64,000 nt of DNA, from positions 3,904,001 to 3,968,000 of the forward strand of contig OY759316.1 in NCBI GenBank assembly GCA_963662275.1, written 5' to 3'. The notes under the pieces are model-generated. The model was not told the DNA's origin and searched no databases. It was given only the letters and a program-made list of their open reading frames with translations. Below are positions 28,559-39,353 of this stretch, one piece after another; position 1 is the stretch's first letter; every line of letters starts with the position of its first letter. Position numbers and translations under genes: made by a program. This DNA is from Candidatus Cloacimonadales bacterium (GTDB taxonomy: Bacteria > Cloacimonadota > Cloacimonadia > Cloacimonadales > DAONDQ01).

Positions 28559-30034
28559 TTACTTTCTATGATGCTTTTGCTTGATTAGTTTGATTTTTTC
28601 AATCATGAAATAAATAAAATACAACATGCATCCAATAACTAAGAATTCAGATGCGGACTTATATCTGAGAGCGTCATCCACGGTACTTACTCTGTAATTA
28701 GCAATTGGAAAATAGAAAATATAGATAGCATATATACCAAGATTTAAGCTTGGTACTTTTCGGATTTTCCAGAAATTTAACAGCAAATAGAAAAGAAGTC
28801 CTATATAAACGCAGATATTGATGACAATTGACATCATCTTGAAGAAAACAATGAAAATGGAAGGTAGAATAATTCGGTCTGAATCGGAAAATGGCAGGGG
28901 AATCCGAAGTGAAAGAAGTAATGAAGTATATCTTCGTTGTAAGATCTCTTTACGGTATTGTAGTCTAAGTTGATCATAAAAAGGATCAAGTATTTTCTTT
29001 AATTGTAAACTGCCTTCCAGACCTTCAGGTAAATGATAGTATGCCATAAATAGCGGTCTGGAATGTATAAACATGCCGTATCCATTCACCCGTTCAACAG
29101 GAACAATTTGTTTGTAAATAGAGGCAAAAAAGGGATTACGTAAGAGAGAAGTTTGGGGTGTTTTGGGAAAATAATTCTCTCTTTGATATGCTAATAAGCT
29201 ATCACGAACTTGTAAATAAGTCTGAAATACATATTGATATTCGGGAGATACTTTCGTTGTTGGAGAGATATTTTCATTTAATGTTGTAAAATTATTGGAA
29301 TACAGGTTTTTGGGTCTAATTCCCCAATATCCTCTATGATAATAGTTATATGCTTTCCATACTGAAAATAACAACATGATGATGACAATATATGATGCTA
29401 TATGCATAAGTATTCTTAGCAGGTTGAGCTTGGGCCATTGTCTGATATAAATGACCAATAAGCAGATAAAGGTAAAATATGGGATTCCCAACATATTGAA
29501 CCTGGCAAGAACTGTGAGAACATTGAGTAAGGCTATAAGGGCTAAATAGATAAATTTTGGTTGTTTTGCATATAAGATTGCGAAATAAACCAACAGGATG
29601 AAGATAAATAGCCCTAAGGTTTCACTCAATATCAGATGTCCATACCAAGTGGTAGAGAAAGTGATTAAAAATAAAAAACCCGCCCAATATGGTAATGATT
29701 TGAACCTCTCCCACATATCAAATATCTTAAAAACAATCATGGAACATAAGAAAATTAAGAAAAAATGGAAGTACATCAAAGGATACAGAAACCCAGCTTC
29801 ACCAAAGATCTTCAAAAAAGGGATAATCAGCATTGAATAGAGCGGTGAACGATTTGATAAGTCCAAACTTGTATCTCCATGCCCAAGAAATTCTTTTGCT
29901 AACATGATATAATCACTACTGTCAGAGACTAATCTAGGTTGATAAAACATACTATAAAATAGACAAAGCAAAAATGCAATGAATGAAAACAAGATGAATC
30001 CACGATTCTTCTCAAAACCAATCTTTGTTAACAT
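28559..30034 (-). CDS. Polytopic membrane protein, probable GT-C glycosyltransferase
   Basis: SDSSDY, RSPLY, ILSETL, many TM helices. Confidence 0.65.
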   Translation of the reverse strand: MLTKIGFEKNRGFILFSFIAFLLCLFYSMFYQPRLVSDSSDYIMLAKEFLGHGDTSLDLSNRSPLYSMLIIPFLKIFGEAGFLYPLMYFHFFLIFLCSMIVFKIFDMWERFKSLPYWAGFLFLITFSTTWYGHLILSETLGLFIFILLVYFAILYAKQPKFIYLALIALLNVLTVLARFNMLGIPYFTFICLLVIYIRQWPKLNLLRILMHIASYIVIIMLLFSVWKAYNYYHRGYWGIRPKNLYSNNFTTLNENISPTTKVSPEYQYVFQTYLQVRDSLLAYQRENYFPKTPQTSLLRNPFFASIYKQIVPVERVNGYGMFIHSRPLFMAYYHLPEGLEGSLQLKKILDPFYDQLRLQYRKEILQRRYTSLLLSLRIPLPFSDSDRIILPSIFIVFFKMMSIVINICVYIGLLFYLLLNFWKIRKVPSLNLGIYAIYIFYFPIANYRVSTVDDALRYKSASEFLVIGCMLYFIYFMIEKIKLIKQKHHRK

Positions 30035-30570
30035 ATACTACTCCATCAATAATGTAATGATACTTGATGTTGATTACAGTGAGAGTTTTTATTTCTAAAT
30101 GCTTGAATTGAACCTATAGCATAAAACTAACCACTGAGTAAGATTAATAGAAATTGCATTTTAACTTGTCAAGTCTAAATATTTTCATATGTACTCTCAA
30201 TTAATCCAAACTAACTAATATTTGCTTAATAGATGGAATCAGAGAGTTGTAGAGTAAAAAAAGTTCATCCAATTCGATATTTCTCCCGTAAAAGCTGATA
30301 CCATTGTCGAATAAAAGATAGATGTCTAGATGGTTATAGATCAAATAATAGAAAACTATCAAATCGGAATTAGGATTAAAAAAAATCTTGCCATAAACAT
30401 GACAAATGATGGAGTTTACCTATATAATATGAATTATCAATTTATTTGAATGCTATGCTGCATTTAGAATTGGTAAAATGATGGAAAGTTACCTGTATTT
30501 TTTTGACGCTTATGGATATGCAGGGAAATAAAAATTAGTAGAAATAAATGATCAATGTAAGGAGGAATCG

Positions 30571-31671
30571 ATGAAAATATGCATAATAGGTGCTGGTAAT
30601 TCAGGTTGTTCACATGCCTTTAAACTGACAGAACTCGGACATGAAGTTCGGCTTGTAAAAACTTCACATAAATTGCATGATGATTATTTTGCATATATCT
30701 GTAAAGACTCAAAAATTACTGCCATAGATCATACAAACAATGATAAGGAATCAACCCAGACAATCTCACTGATAACCAGGGATTTAAAAGCTGCCATTAG
30801 CGGTGCTGAAGTAGTGTTAGTTATGACGACATCTTTACAGCATGATAACTTAGCACCAATTGTTTCACCTTATTTTGAAGATGGTCAATTAGTATTAATT
30901 ATTCCTGGTAATATGGGCAGCATATTTTTCTCTCATTATATCAAAGCAAACGTAATTTTAGGTGAAGGTGAATCAACACCATTTGATGCCAGGATTGAAG
31001 ATGATATGAAAGTACATATTCTCTTTAAAAATGTTAGAAATGCACTCGCATTCTTACCTTCAGTTAATACCATAAAAGGGATTGAAATTGCCTCAAAAAT
31101 AATCGATACTTATGGTTATACACGAAAGAATGTAATTGAATCCGGATTACATAATCCTAATCTTGTTGTTCATACAATAGGTACAATCATGTCTGCTTCA
31201 CGAATAGAAACAATGAAAGGTGAATTTTGGATGTACAGGGAATCATTCTCACCTGCAATTTGGAATTTAGTCGATCAACTTGACATTGAGAAAAATCAGA
31301 CATTAGTTGCTTATGGTTGTGAACCTCTTGCTTATTTAGATGCCTGCAAATTTAGAAATGAATTTGATTTGTCACAGGATAGCTTGAAAGTGTTTCAGTC
31401 TTATGCTGCAAACGGAGGACCAAAGGGTCCTGTAAATCTGAATACTCGTTTTTTGTTTGAAGATGTTCCCAATGGTTTATGTTTATTGAGTTCATTTGCA
31501 CAGAAAGCAGGTATCACGACTCCCGTCTGTAATTCACTTATTACTGTGGCAAATTCGCTCAAGAAAACCGATTATTGGTCAATTGCCAGAACAGTTGAGC
31601 GCCTTGGAATAGCAAATCTAACAGTTGAGCAGATCTGCCAATTTGTCAACAATGATGGAATGATTGTGTGA
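30571..31671 (+). CDS. Opine (octopine/nopaline) dehydrogenase family protein
   Basis: IIGAGNSG, LHNPNLVVH, RFLFEDVPNGL. Confidence 0.85.
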   Translation: MKICIIGAGNSGCSHAFKLTELGHEVRLVKTSHKLHDDYFAYICKDSKITAIDHTNNDKESTQTISLITRDLKAAISGAEVVLVMTTSLQHDNLAPIVSPYFEDGQLVLIIPGNMGSIFFSHYIKANVILGEGESTPFDARIEDDMKVHILFKNVRNALAFLPSVNTIKGIEIASKIIDTYGYTRKNVIESGLHNPNLVVHTIGTIMSASRIETMKGEFWMYRESFSPAIWNLVDQLDIEKNQTLVAYGCEPLAYLDACKFRNEFDLSQDSLKVFQSYAANGGPKGPVNLNTRFLFEDVPNGLCLLSSFAQKAGITTPVCNSLITVANSLKKTDYWSIARTVERLGIANLTVEQICQFVNNDGMIV

Positions 31672-31852
31672 TACTGAAGATTTATCCTCTTTGATGTTAA
31701 TGAGTAATATAAATAATAACTGATTCAGAGCTTGATTTGTTCATCTTTCAGTACTATTTAGATATTACGTTGTTTTCAAGATAGAGACACCTACAGACAG
31801 ATTACTTAACATCTACACTGTTAATCATGAATGTAATTTCATATTTTTTTCT

Positions 31853-33181
31853 GTGAGGATTGAAATGGAGCGAAATACTTTTGATGCGATGAAGTTATTC
31901 TTCAAACTTGCCCCTCGTTATTTTTTTTATATGAAAAGCCAGTATTGGGATGAAGAAAGATTTAATGCCTACCAAAATGAGCAATTGATTAAAGTCGTAA
32001 GACATGCTCAGTTGCATGTTCCATATTATCGTAATCTCTTTGCGAAAACCGGATTTGATGCATTAAAATTTAGCGGTAGTAACGATATGCATAAAATTCC
32101 ATTATTGGATAAAGAAACTTTACGAAAACAGAACGACGAATTTGTGGCATCGGATGCATCTAAATATGGGATTTTTTGGGAACAAACAAGCGGTTCTACA
32201 GGCACACCTTTAAATTTGCTTCTGGATAGCGAAAGCAGAGCAAATAAATTTGCAGCAGTATTACGTGCATATAATTGGAGCGGATATAAATTTGGTGACT
32301 ATATTTTTTCTATCAGAGACCTCTCCCCTGATGATGATACCATATATCGCATTGATAGATTAACAAGAAGAATCTATTTCTATTCCAATTTGATCACATC
32401 GGTAAATTGCTTGAAGATCAATGCCATCTTGAATCAATATAAGCCCAGTATTTATCTTGGATTTGGAAACTCATTCCTGATATTGGGACGTGTTTTAAAG
32501 CAGAATAAAATCAAAATCCACTCCCCAAAAGCGATTATTAATTTTGGAGAAAATCTGTCTCAATCGACGATAACTCAACTTGAGAGTGATTTCCAATCGA
32601 AAGTCTTTGATTTTTATAGTCATACGGAAAATGCTGTCCTCATTCATCAGTGTGACCATGGTTCCAAACACTTTGCCCCGGATTACGCTTTTCATGAAGT
32701 AGTCGATAAAGATGGGCATGTTATTGAAGAAGGTACTGGCGAATTAGTCGGAACTTCTTTTTATAATAATGGCATGCCTTTACTCCGGTACAAAACAAGA
32801 GATAATGTCACAATTTCGAATGAACCATGCAAATGTGGAAGAAAATCTAAACTGGTTGATTGTATTGTGGGAAGAATGGATGACTATATCATAACACCAG
32901 AGGGCAGATACTTATTTATACCTAATGGTGCAATATATTGTGCCACTGGACTGGTTACATCACAATATGTCCAAGATGCTATCGATCATGTAACGGTTAA
33001 TCTCGTCATTGATAATAGTTTTCAAATGAGTGTCATGCCTGAAATTGAAAGTGGATTACGAGCTAGGTTTGGTCATACGATGAAAATCGATATTAAGATC
33101 GTTGATTCGTTAGAGTTAACGAAAGCCGGAAAAGCACCTTTTATCATTTCGAAAATAGGAAATAGATTTGATACCCTATAG
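31853..33181 (+). CDS. PaaK/CapK-like adenylate-forming enzyme
   Basis: VPYY, TSGSTGTP, YSHTE, MPLLRYKTRD, GRMDD. Confidence 0.85.
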   Translation: MRIEMERNTFDAMKLFFKLAPRYFFYMKSQYWDEERFNAYQNEQLIKVVRHAQLHVPYYRNLFAKTGFDALKFSGSNDMHKIPLLDKETLRKQNDEFVASDASKYGIFWEQTSGSTGTPLNLLLDSESRANKFAAVLRAYNWSGYKFGDYIFSIRDLSPDDDTIYRIDRLTRRIYFYSNLITSVNCLKINAILNQYKPSIYLGFGNSFLILGRVLKQNKIKIHSPKAIINFGENLSQSTITQLESDFQSKVFDFYSHTENAVLIHQCDHGSKHFAPDYAFHEVVDKDGHVIEEGTGELVGTSFYNNGMPLLRYKTRDNVTISNEPCKCGRKSKLVDCIVGRMDDYIITPEGRYLFIPNGAIYCATGLVTSQYVQDAIDHVTVNLVIDNSFQMSVMPEIESGLRARFGHTMKIDIKIVDSLELTKAGKAPFIISKIGNRFDTL

Positions 33182-33299
33182 AATAGAAGTGATTTCATGA
33201 ATGTGTTGAATAGAATCACTTGGACTTAATTATGGCTGTAGACTTAATAGATAAGTGTCATAAATAATGAAAAATTACGTAATAGATAGGTTGTGATGA

Positions 33300-34337
33300 A
33301 TGAATACTAAAAAGATTTTTATCCTCATTAAGATCATTGTCCCAATTATCCTGCTTTACGTTGTTTTTTCCCGGATTAACTTCAACGACCTTGCCACAAT
33401 CATCAAAAAAGCTAATTATAGAATTCTTATCATCGCATTACTCAATTTACCTTTGTTGTATTTTCTATATTGTCTTCGATGGAAAATACTATTGCAGGGA
33501 TTTTGGAAAACAAAAGTATCCTTTCTTCATCTTCTTAAAGTATTTTATGAAGGTTTTTTTCTCGGTTATTATCTTCCTGGAGGGATTGGTTTAGATGCTT
33601 ATCGCGTAATAAATGCAACCAAAAGTGAAAAGAAATATATGCCCCATATCAGCATTATCGTAATGGAAAAAATCTGCAGTTTAGTTTCTGCGTGTTTTCT
33701 GGTTGTGGTAGTAAGTCTCTTAATTAAAATCGACAATCAGGTCGTACACAGAATAATTATCTTGGGATACATTATCATAATTGCATTTATCATCATTACT
33801 ACGCTAGCCTTTTTTTTTAAAACAAAGACCTTTGTTCATAAGCTAATTCAGAAAGTTGAAGATTTTATCATTCTTAAAATTCGTAATCTTATGCTTAAGA
33901 TGTATCCGGATAATATTCAATCAGCCAATTCGACATCGTATTTTAAAGAATTTATCAAACCTTTTTCATCCTTTCACTTCATTGGAATCACGCTTGCATT
34001 TAGCTTAGTCATGCAGATTTTGTGTGCAGTTTTTGGACAAATTATTTTACTTGGTATAGGTGTATCTGTGCCGATCATTGTTAATATATTCTGTTCTCCA
34101 TTGTTATCTATCATTACCATGTTACCTGTCACTTTCGGTGGAATTGGTTTAAGAGAAGGATCTTATATCGTGATATATGGCTTATTTGGAATTTCAAAAG
34201 AATCAGCACTCTTGTCTTCATTGATAACGTTTTTTGTAATTATCTTCAATATTTTACTTGGAGGCTTAATTACTCTGATCTCAAATATCAGAAATACAAT
34301 CAGCACCCCACAATCTGAGTCTCATAAATCATGTTGA
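33300..34337 (+). CDS. UPF0104 / LPG-synthase-TM flippase-like protein
   Basis: RWKILL, LPGGIGLD, LPVTFGGIGLREG. Confidence 0.85.
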   Translation: MNTKKIFILIKIIVPIILLYVVFSRINFNDLATIIKKANYRILIIALLNLPLLYFLYCLRWKILLQGFWKTKVSFLHLLKVFYEGFFLGYYLPGGIGLDAYRVINATKSEKKYMPHISIIVMEKICSLVSACFLVVVVSLLIKIDNQVVHRIIILGYIIIIAFIIITTLAFFFKTKTFVHKLIQKVEDFIILKIRNLMLKMYPDNIQSANSTSYFKEFIKPFSSFHFIGITLAFSLVMQILCAVFGQIILLGIGVSVPIIVNIFCSPLLSIITMLPVTFGGIGLREGSYIVIYGLFGISKESALLSSLITFFVIIFNILLGGLITLISNIRNTISTPQSESHKSC

Positions 34338-35401
34338 AAATTCTCTTTACTGGCGATGTTTCTCTTACCAACATTGATGTTAATAATTTTCGGATTCAAC
34401 CTGACTTGGAAGCGATTTACAATGATTGTGATTTGAGAGTATGCAATTTAGAAGCACCTTTTACAAATGGAGAATCACATTTCCCCAATCAGGCATGGTA
34501 TATGAAAGCGAGTCCAATCGATTCAAATATTATCCAATCTTTTGATGTCTTTTCATTGGCAAACAACCATATCCTTGATTATTGTGAATCTGGCTTGAAA
34601 GATACAACCGCATTTCTGGAATCATTACAAAAAAAATGGTTTGGAATTGGTAGTAACCTAAAGAAATCATTACAACCGTTATTGTTAGAAAGGAATCGCC
34701 ATAAGCTTGCTTTTTTTGGTGTTACAAGTTACTATAATGCCGGGGAAAATAGTGCAGGGACATCATCCTTGTATTCAAAGCAAATAATTAAACAGATTCG
34801 AAAATACAAAAAGCAAGGATATTTTATTATCCTCTACCCCCATTGGAATTACGAATTTACTGATTATCCTGCTCCCCTTATAAGAAGACTATCTTTTCGA
34901 TATATTGATGCAGGTGTTGATATCATTATAGGTTCTCATCCTCATGTAATTCAAGGCTATGAAATATACAAAAATAAGCATATTTTCCATAGCCTAGGAA
35001 ATTTGATCTTCCACTCGTCTCAGTTTGTTCATAAAAGTGATCAACGGCTCTATCAGACTTTCGGAGTCCAGATTATCATAGATGAGAACTCAAATTATCA
35101 GACCGAAATCATCCCAATCACCAATTCGGATGAAAGTATTCGATTAATGGTAAATAGTGAAAAAGATGATTTTATGCATAAATTAACTCAGATTTCAGAA
35201 ACAATCAGGACATCTGAATATCCGGATGCTTTTTATTCTCAAGCGAGTACGATTATATCCAGATCTTTAGCTGCAATAAAAAAAGCAGACAAACAGAATT
35301 CTCTGATTTTGGGAATTCTTAAAAGATTACACAAAATCTCATTACAGGATATACTAATAGAATTATATATGATTTCAAAGAAAATCATCCCGAGATCATG
35401 A
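34331..35401 (+). CDS. CapA family metallophosphoesterase-like protein
   Basis: GDV, NLE, LANNHILD, HW, GSHPHV, SLGN. Confidence 0.85.
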   Translation: MLKILFTGDVSLTNIDVNNFRIQPDLEAIYNDCDLRVCNLEAPFTNGESHFPNQAWYMKASPIDSNIIQSFDVFSLANNHILDYCESGLKDTTAFLESLQKKWFGIGSNLKKSLQPLLLERNRHKLAFFGVTSYYNAGENSAGTSSLYSKQIIKQIRKYKKQGYFIILYPHWNYEFTDYPAPLIRRLSFRYIDAGVDIIIGSHPHVIQGYEIYKNKHIFHSLGNLIFHSSQFVHKSDQRLYQTFGVQIIIDENSNYQTEIIPITNSDESIRLMVNSEKDDFMHKLTQISETIRTSEYPDAFYSQASTIISRSLAAIKKADKQNSLILGILKRLHKISLQDILIELYMISKKIIPRS

Positions 35402-35482
35402 TACACACAAAGTATTTTCTGACTGAAGTGACCCTAAATGAAATATAAAATGAATAAATTATCCACTTGTTCATTGTGAGAG

Positions 35483-37432
35483 GTGAATACTATGATGAAA
35501 CTCCTTACTAAAGCCAATATAGGCAGAATGCAATTAAAGAACCGCATTTGCTTTGCACCCATGGGTGTAGGCGGATTAGCCGGTTATAATGGGGAATTAA
35601 GCCAAAGAGGCATAGATTACTATGTGGAACGTGCAAAAGGCGGTGTTGCTTTAGTCAGAATGGGTGTTGCAAAAACCAATCGTAAATATGAAGTTGCTGA
35701 TGAACCTGTGAATAAAAGCATCATTCTTGATAATCGCTCCATGGAAAATTGGTTAAGTGAAGTAGTAGAACGCTGTCATGATTATGATGCGAAGATCTCT
35801 ATCCAATTGATGCCCGGGGTTGGTAGAATTGCCGGACAAACCATTCAACTCCAGGGAAAAGCACTCAGTGCTTCAGAAAATCCTTGTCATTGGGCTCCTC
35901 ATATTAAGACAAAAGCTCTTGCCGAAAACGAAATTTGGGAAATTATTCAATCTTTTGAACAAACTGCTTCCCTGCTCAAACTGGCAGGATTCGATGCCGT
36001 AGAATTGAACGGTCATGAAGGATACTTATTAGATCAATTCATGACACCTCTCTGGAATAGGAGAACAGACCAATGGGGCGGAACACTAAATAATAGGATG
36101 CGCTTTGCCCAGGAAATTATCAAAACCATAAAGAAAGGTGCAGGTGCTGACTTTCCTGTGATTTTCCGTTTTGGACTTACTCATAATTTACCTGGAGGCA
36201 GAGTCATAGAAGAAGGGCTGGAGATTGCTCAATACCTTGAAGATATCGGTGTATCAGCCATTGAAGTCGATGCAGGTTGTTATGAAAACTGGTATTATCC
36301 TCATCCTCCCACTACCTTACCGCAGGGATGCTTTTTAGATCTTGCCAGGATAACAAAGCAAGTTGTCAAAATACCTGTAATTGCGGTGGGAAAACTGGGT
36401 GATCCTCATATCGCTGAGCAGGCTCTCATAGATGAAATGGCAGATTTTATTGCATTAGGCAGACCATTATTGGCTGACCCTGAGTGGGTGAATAAAGTCA
36501 AAAAAGGTACATTTCAAACGATTAAACCATGTATTGGCTGCCATGAAGGTTGCCTGCAGCGTATATTCCAACATAAAGGCATCAGTTGTGCTGTGAATCC
36601 CAGGACAGGAAATGAGCAACTTCTAAAGCTGCAAAAAACAGAGAAAGTAAAGACAGTTGTCGTAATTGGCGGTGGTTATGCGGGAATGGAAGCTTCGATA
36701 ACAGCTTCCCAAAAAGGATACCAGGTACATCTTTTTGAAAGTTCTGAACACCTTGGAGGTATCTTTCAACTTGATTATATCCCTGGTTTCAAAACAGAAT
36801 TTAGTAAATTAACCCAGTATTATACACAAGAAATCGCAAATTCTGACATTCATCTTCATATGAATCATAATATCAACAGTACTGATATCAAGAATATCAA
36901 TCCTGATCATATCATCATTGCTACAGGAGCAATTGCCGGAATTCCTGATATTCCAGGTCTGGAAAGAAATCAAATCGTATTTGCCCGCGATGCATTTCAT
37001 AAGGATTTTCAACCTGATGGTGATGTACTGATACTTGGTGGTGGATTGGTTGGTACAGAATTAGCGATCACCTTAAAAGAGAAAGCTGAACGTATATTAT
37101 TAGTGGAACAAACCGCCCAGCTTTGTTCAAATGCCTTCCTTGCCAATAAAATGCATCTAATCAAGCTGCTTGAAGAAAGTCATGTAGAAGTTCATTTAAA
37201 TACTAGTATTACCAGTATAGAGAATCATAAGGCAATTGTAAATAATGGTTCAGAGATAATTGAATTGCCCTTTGGTACCTTCATTATTGCCACAGGATAC
37301 TGTCCTAATAGAGGCTTATTAGATTCTCTCGAGGAATTTGCAGATAAATGCATCCTGGTTGGAGATTGCGATGGACCTGGTAAAGTAATCAATGCAGTCT
37401 GGGATGCCTATCGGAAAGTGAATGTCTTATAA
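35483..37432 (+). CDS. OYE-like NADH:flavin oxidoreductase (BaiCD/enoate reductase-like)
   Basis: KNRICFAPM, HEGYLLDQF, CIGCHEGC...CAVNP, two Rossmann motifs. Confidence 0.88.
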   Translation: MNTMMKLLTKANIGRMQLKNRICFAPMGVGGLAGYNGELSQRGIDYYVERAKGGVALVRMGVAKTNRKYEVADEPVNKSIILDNRSMENWLSEVVERCHDYDAKISIQLMPGVGRIAGQTIQLQGKALSASENPCHWAPHIKTKALAENEIWEIIQSFEQTASLLKLAGFDAVELNGHEGYLLDQFMTPLWNRRTDQWGGTLNNRMRFAQEIIKTIKKGAGADFPVIFRFGLTHNLPGGRVIEEGLEIAQYLEDIGVSAIEVDAGCYENWYYPHPPTTLPQGCFLDLARITKQVVKIPVIAVGKLGDPHIAEQALIDEMADFIALGRPLLADPEWVNKVKKGTFQTIKPCIGCHEGCLQRIFQHKGISCAVNPRTGNEQLLKLQKTEKVKTVVVIGGGYAGMEASITASQKGYQVHLFESSEHLGGIFQLDYIPGFKTEFSKLTQYYTQEIANSDIHLHMNHNINSTDIKNINPDHIIIATGAIAGIPDIPGLERNQIVFARDAFHKDFQPDGDVLILGGGLVGTELAITLKEKAERILLVEQTAQLCSNAFLANKMHLIKLLEESHVEVHLNTSITSIENHKAIVNNGSEIIELPFGTFIIATGYCPNRGLLDSLEEFADKCILVGDCDGPGKVINAVWDAYRKVNVL

Positions 37433-37517
37433 CTAATTCCTTTCCATAAATCACTTTCCATAAATCACTTTTTGTACAGTCTTCATGGATTCCGATAACT
37501 GAAATGAATTACTATCT

Positions 37518-37595
37518 CATTACGATAGCATTACGGTACTAATACGGTTTTTTACCGTAATGATACCGTAGTGCTACCGTATTGGTACCGTAATG
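37518..37595. repeat. Inverted array of 11-bp units
   Basis: 3 CATTACGGTAC-like units then 4 NTACCGTAATG-like units. Confidence 0.75.
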
Positions 37596-37761
37596 CCTTT
37601 TAGAATTTTTTATAGGAAATGAGTTCAACAAAAGGATCCATGACTGGATGAAAAACTCAAAAAAGGAATGGTATCGTGTTGCTGGAATAGGATATGCTAA
37701 AGGAATTTATCTTGACAGCAACGGCAAATAAGCCCATATAAGTTAAGAAAGGCAGGTTTTA

Positions 37762-38691
37762 ATGGGAAATATTGATTTTAGTGTTGTTGTACCCGTATAT
37801 AATAGTAATGATTCATTACCCATTCTCACAGAAAGATTAATCGCTATATTTAGTAAAATGAATAAATCCTATGAGATCATCTTTATCAATGATTGCAGTA
37901 AAGATAATAGCTACCAGGTTTTACAAAAAGTACATACCGAAAATGAGCATATTATTGTGGTAGACCTCTTCCGCAACTACGGTCAACAGAATGCCATTAT
38001 GTGCGGATTCAATCATAGTTCAGGTGATTATATTATCACGATGGATGATGACCTGCAAAATTCACCTGACGACATACCTGTACTCTTTAATAAAATACAG
38101 GAAGGTTTTGATGTCGTCATTGGCAAATATGCGGATAAGAAGCACGGTTTTGTAAAGAATTTGGGTAGTAGAACAATCTTAGCGCTCAATCGATACATCT
38201 TCAAAATCAAAGATATGAACTTACGTTTTACCAGCTTCCGGATGATAAGAAAGGAAATCATTGACCAGCTCAAATACGAGAGAACCAATTTCCCATACAT
38301 TTCCGGTATGTTAGTAATGACAACCAACAAAATTACTAATGTTGAGATTCATCATTATGAAAGACCCTACGGAAAATCATCATATAATATTAGCATGCTC
38401 TTCAACTTAGCATTTAATCTCGTCTTGAATTATTCATCTATTCCCATTAAAATTATTGGTTATTTGGGCTTATTCGCATCTTTGTTTTCGATGGTTTTCG
38501 GTCTTTTCATCCTAATCCGAAAGTATCTTGAAGGTGGAGCACCTCCAGGATGGACAACATTGATAGTCCTCTTTTCTTTTTACAATGCCTTGAATTATAT
38601 ATTTTTCTTTTTTCTTGGCGAATATGTATCCAGGATTTTACAGGAAGTATCAAACAAAAAGCAGTACGTCGTTAGAGAGGTTTTAAAATGA
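37762..38691 (+). CDS. GT2 polyprenol-phosphate glycosyltransferase (ArnC/GtrB-like)
   Basis: VVPVYN, RNYGQQNA, MDDDLQN, two C-terminal TMs, GEY. Confidence 0.9.
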   Translation: MGNIDFSVVVPVYNSNDSLPILTERLIAIFSKMNKSYEIIFINDCSKDNSYQVLQKVHTENEHIIVVDLFRNYGQQNAIMCGFNHSSGDYIITMDDDLQNSPDDIPVLFNKIQEGFDVVIGKYADKKHGFVKNLGSRTILALNRYIFKIKDMNLRFTSFRMIRKEIIDQLKYERTNFPYISGMLVMTTNKITNVEIHHYERPYGKSSYNISMLFNLAFNLVLNYSSIPIKIIGYLGLFASLFSMVFGLFILIRKYLEGGAPPGWTTLIVLFSFYNALNYIFFFFLGEYVSRILQEVSNKKQYVVREVLK

Positions 38692-39353
38692 AAAAAAGAA
38701 TTGTAATTGTTGGTGGTATTGGACCAGGTCAGATAGCCGCTTCCATATTTGAAGATATGAATAAAGTTGTTGATGAATGGGTGGTTGAAGGCTTCCTGAA
38801 TGATGTTGTACCCATTGGAGATTACTTTGGTAAATTCAAAGTACTTGGTGGAAGCGAAGAAGTAGCTGATTTTGTAAATAAGGGATATTACATCCATTAT
38901 GCCATGCATATTAATGCAAAAGCAAAAGAAGATAGAGTAAAGAAGATACTTAGTTTCAACATCCCGAAAGAAGCTTTGGCAACAGCAATTCACCCCACAG
39001 CATACCTGATGGAAGGGACAACCATCGGAGCCGGTTCCTTAATGGCTCCTTATTCCATTACTTCCTTTGGTGCCACTGTTGGTGATTATTCCTTTGTCTT
39101 TAGTGGTGGATTTTTAGGACATGACTGCTGTGTGAAAGACTTCTGCACAATTGCCGGAAGTGCCGTCATCGGTGCCAGGGTGCAAGTCAATGAAGGGGCT
39201 CACGTAGGCTTGAACGCAAGTATTAGAGAAGATATTACGATTGGCAATTATTCGATCATAGGAATGGGCTCTGTTGTTGTTCGCAGTACAGAACCCTATT
39301 CCATTGTAGCTGGTAATCCTGCCAAACCAATAAGTAAGGTGAAAAATGACTGA
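38688..39353 (+). CDS. NeuD/PglD-like hexapeptide acyltransferase
   Basis: IHPTA, LGHD, hexapeptide repeats, VAGNPAK. Confidence 0.85.
   Translation: MKKRIVIVGGIGPGQIAASIFEDMNKVVDEWVVEGFLNDVVPIGDYFGKFKVLGGSEEVADFVNKGYYIHYAMHINAKAKEDRVKKILSFNIPKEALATAIHPTAYLMEGTTIGAGSLMAPYSITSFGATVGDYSFVFSGGFLGHDCCVKDFCTIAGSAVIGARVQVNEGAHVGLNASIREDITIGNYSIIGMGSVVVRSTEPYSIVAGNPAKPISKVKND

Noticed and set aside
35483..37432. Bile-acid (bai) operon
   Set aside because: Family-level similarity only; the class III CoA-transferase is ~13 kb away in another context and no other bai genes are seen
37441..37471. 14-bp tandem duplication TTTCCATAAATCAC
   Set aside because: Two copies only; likely slippage with no evident function
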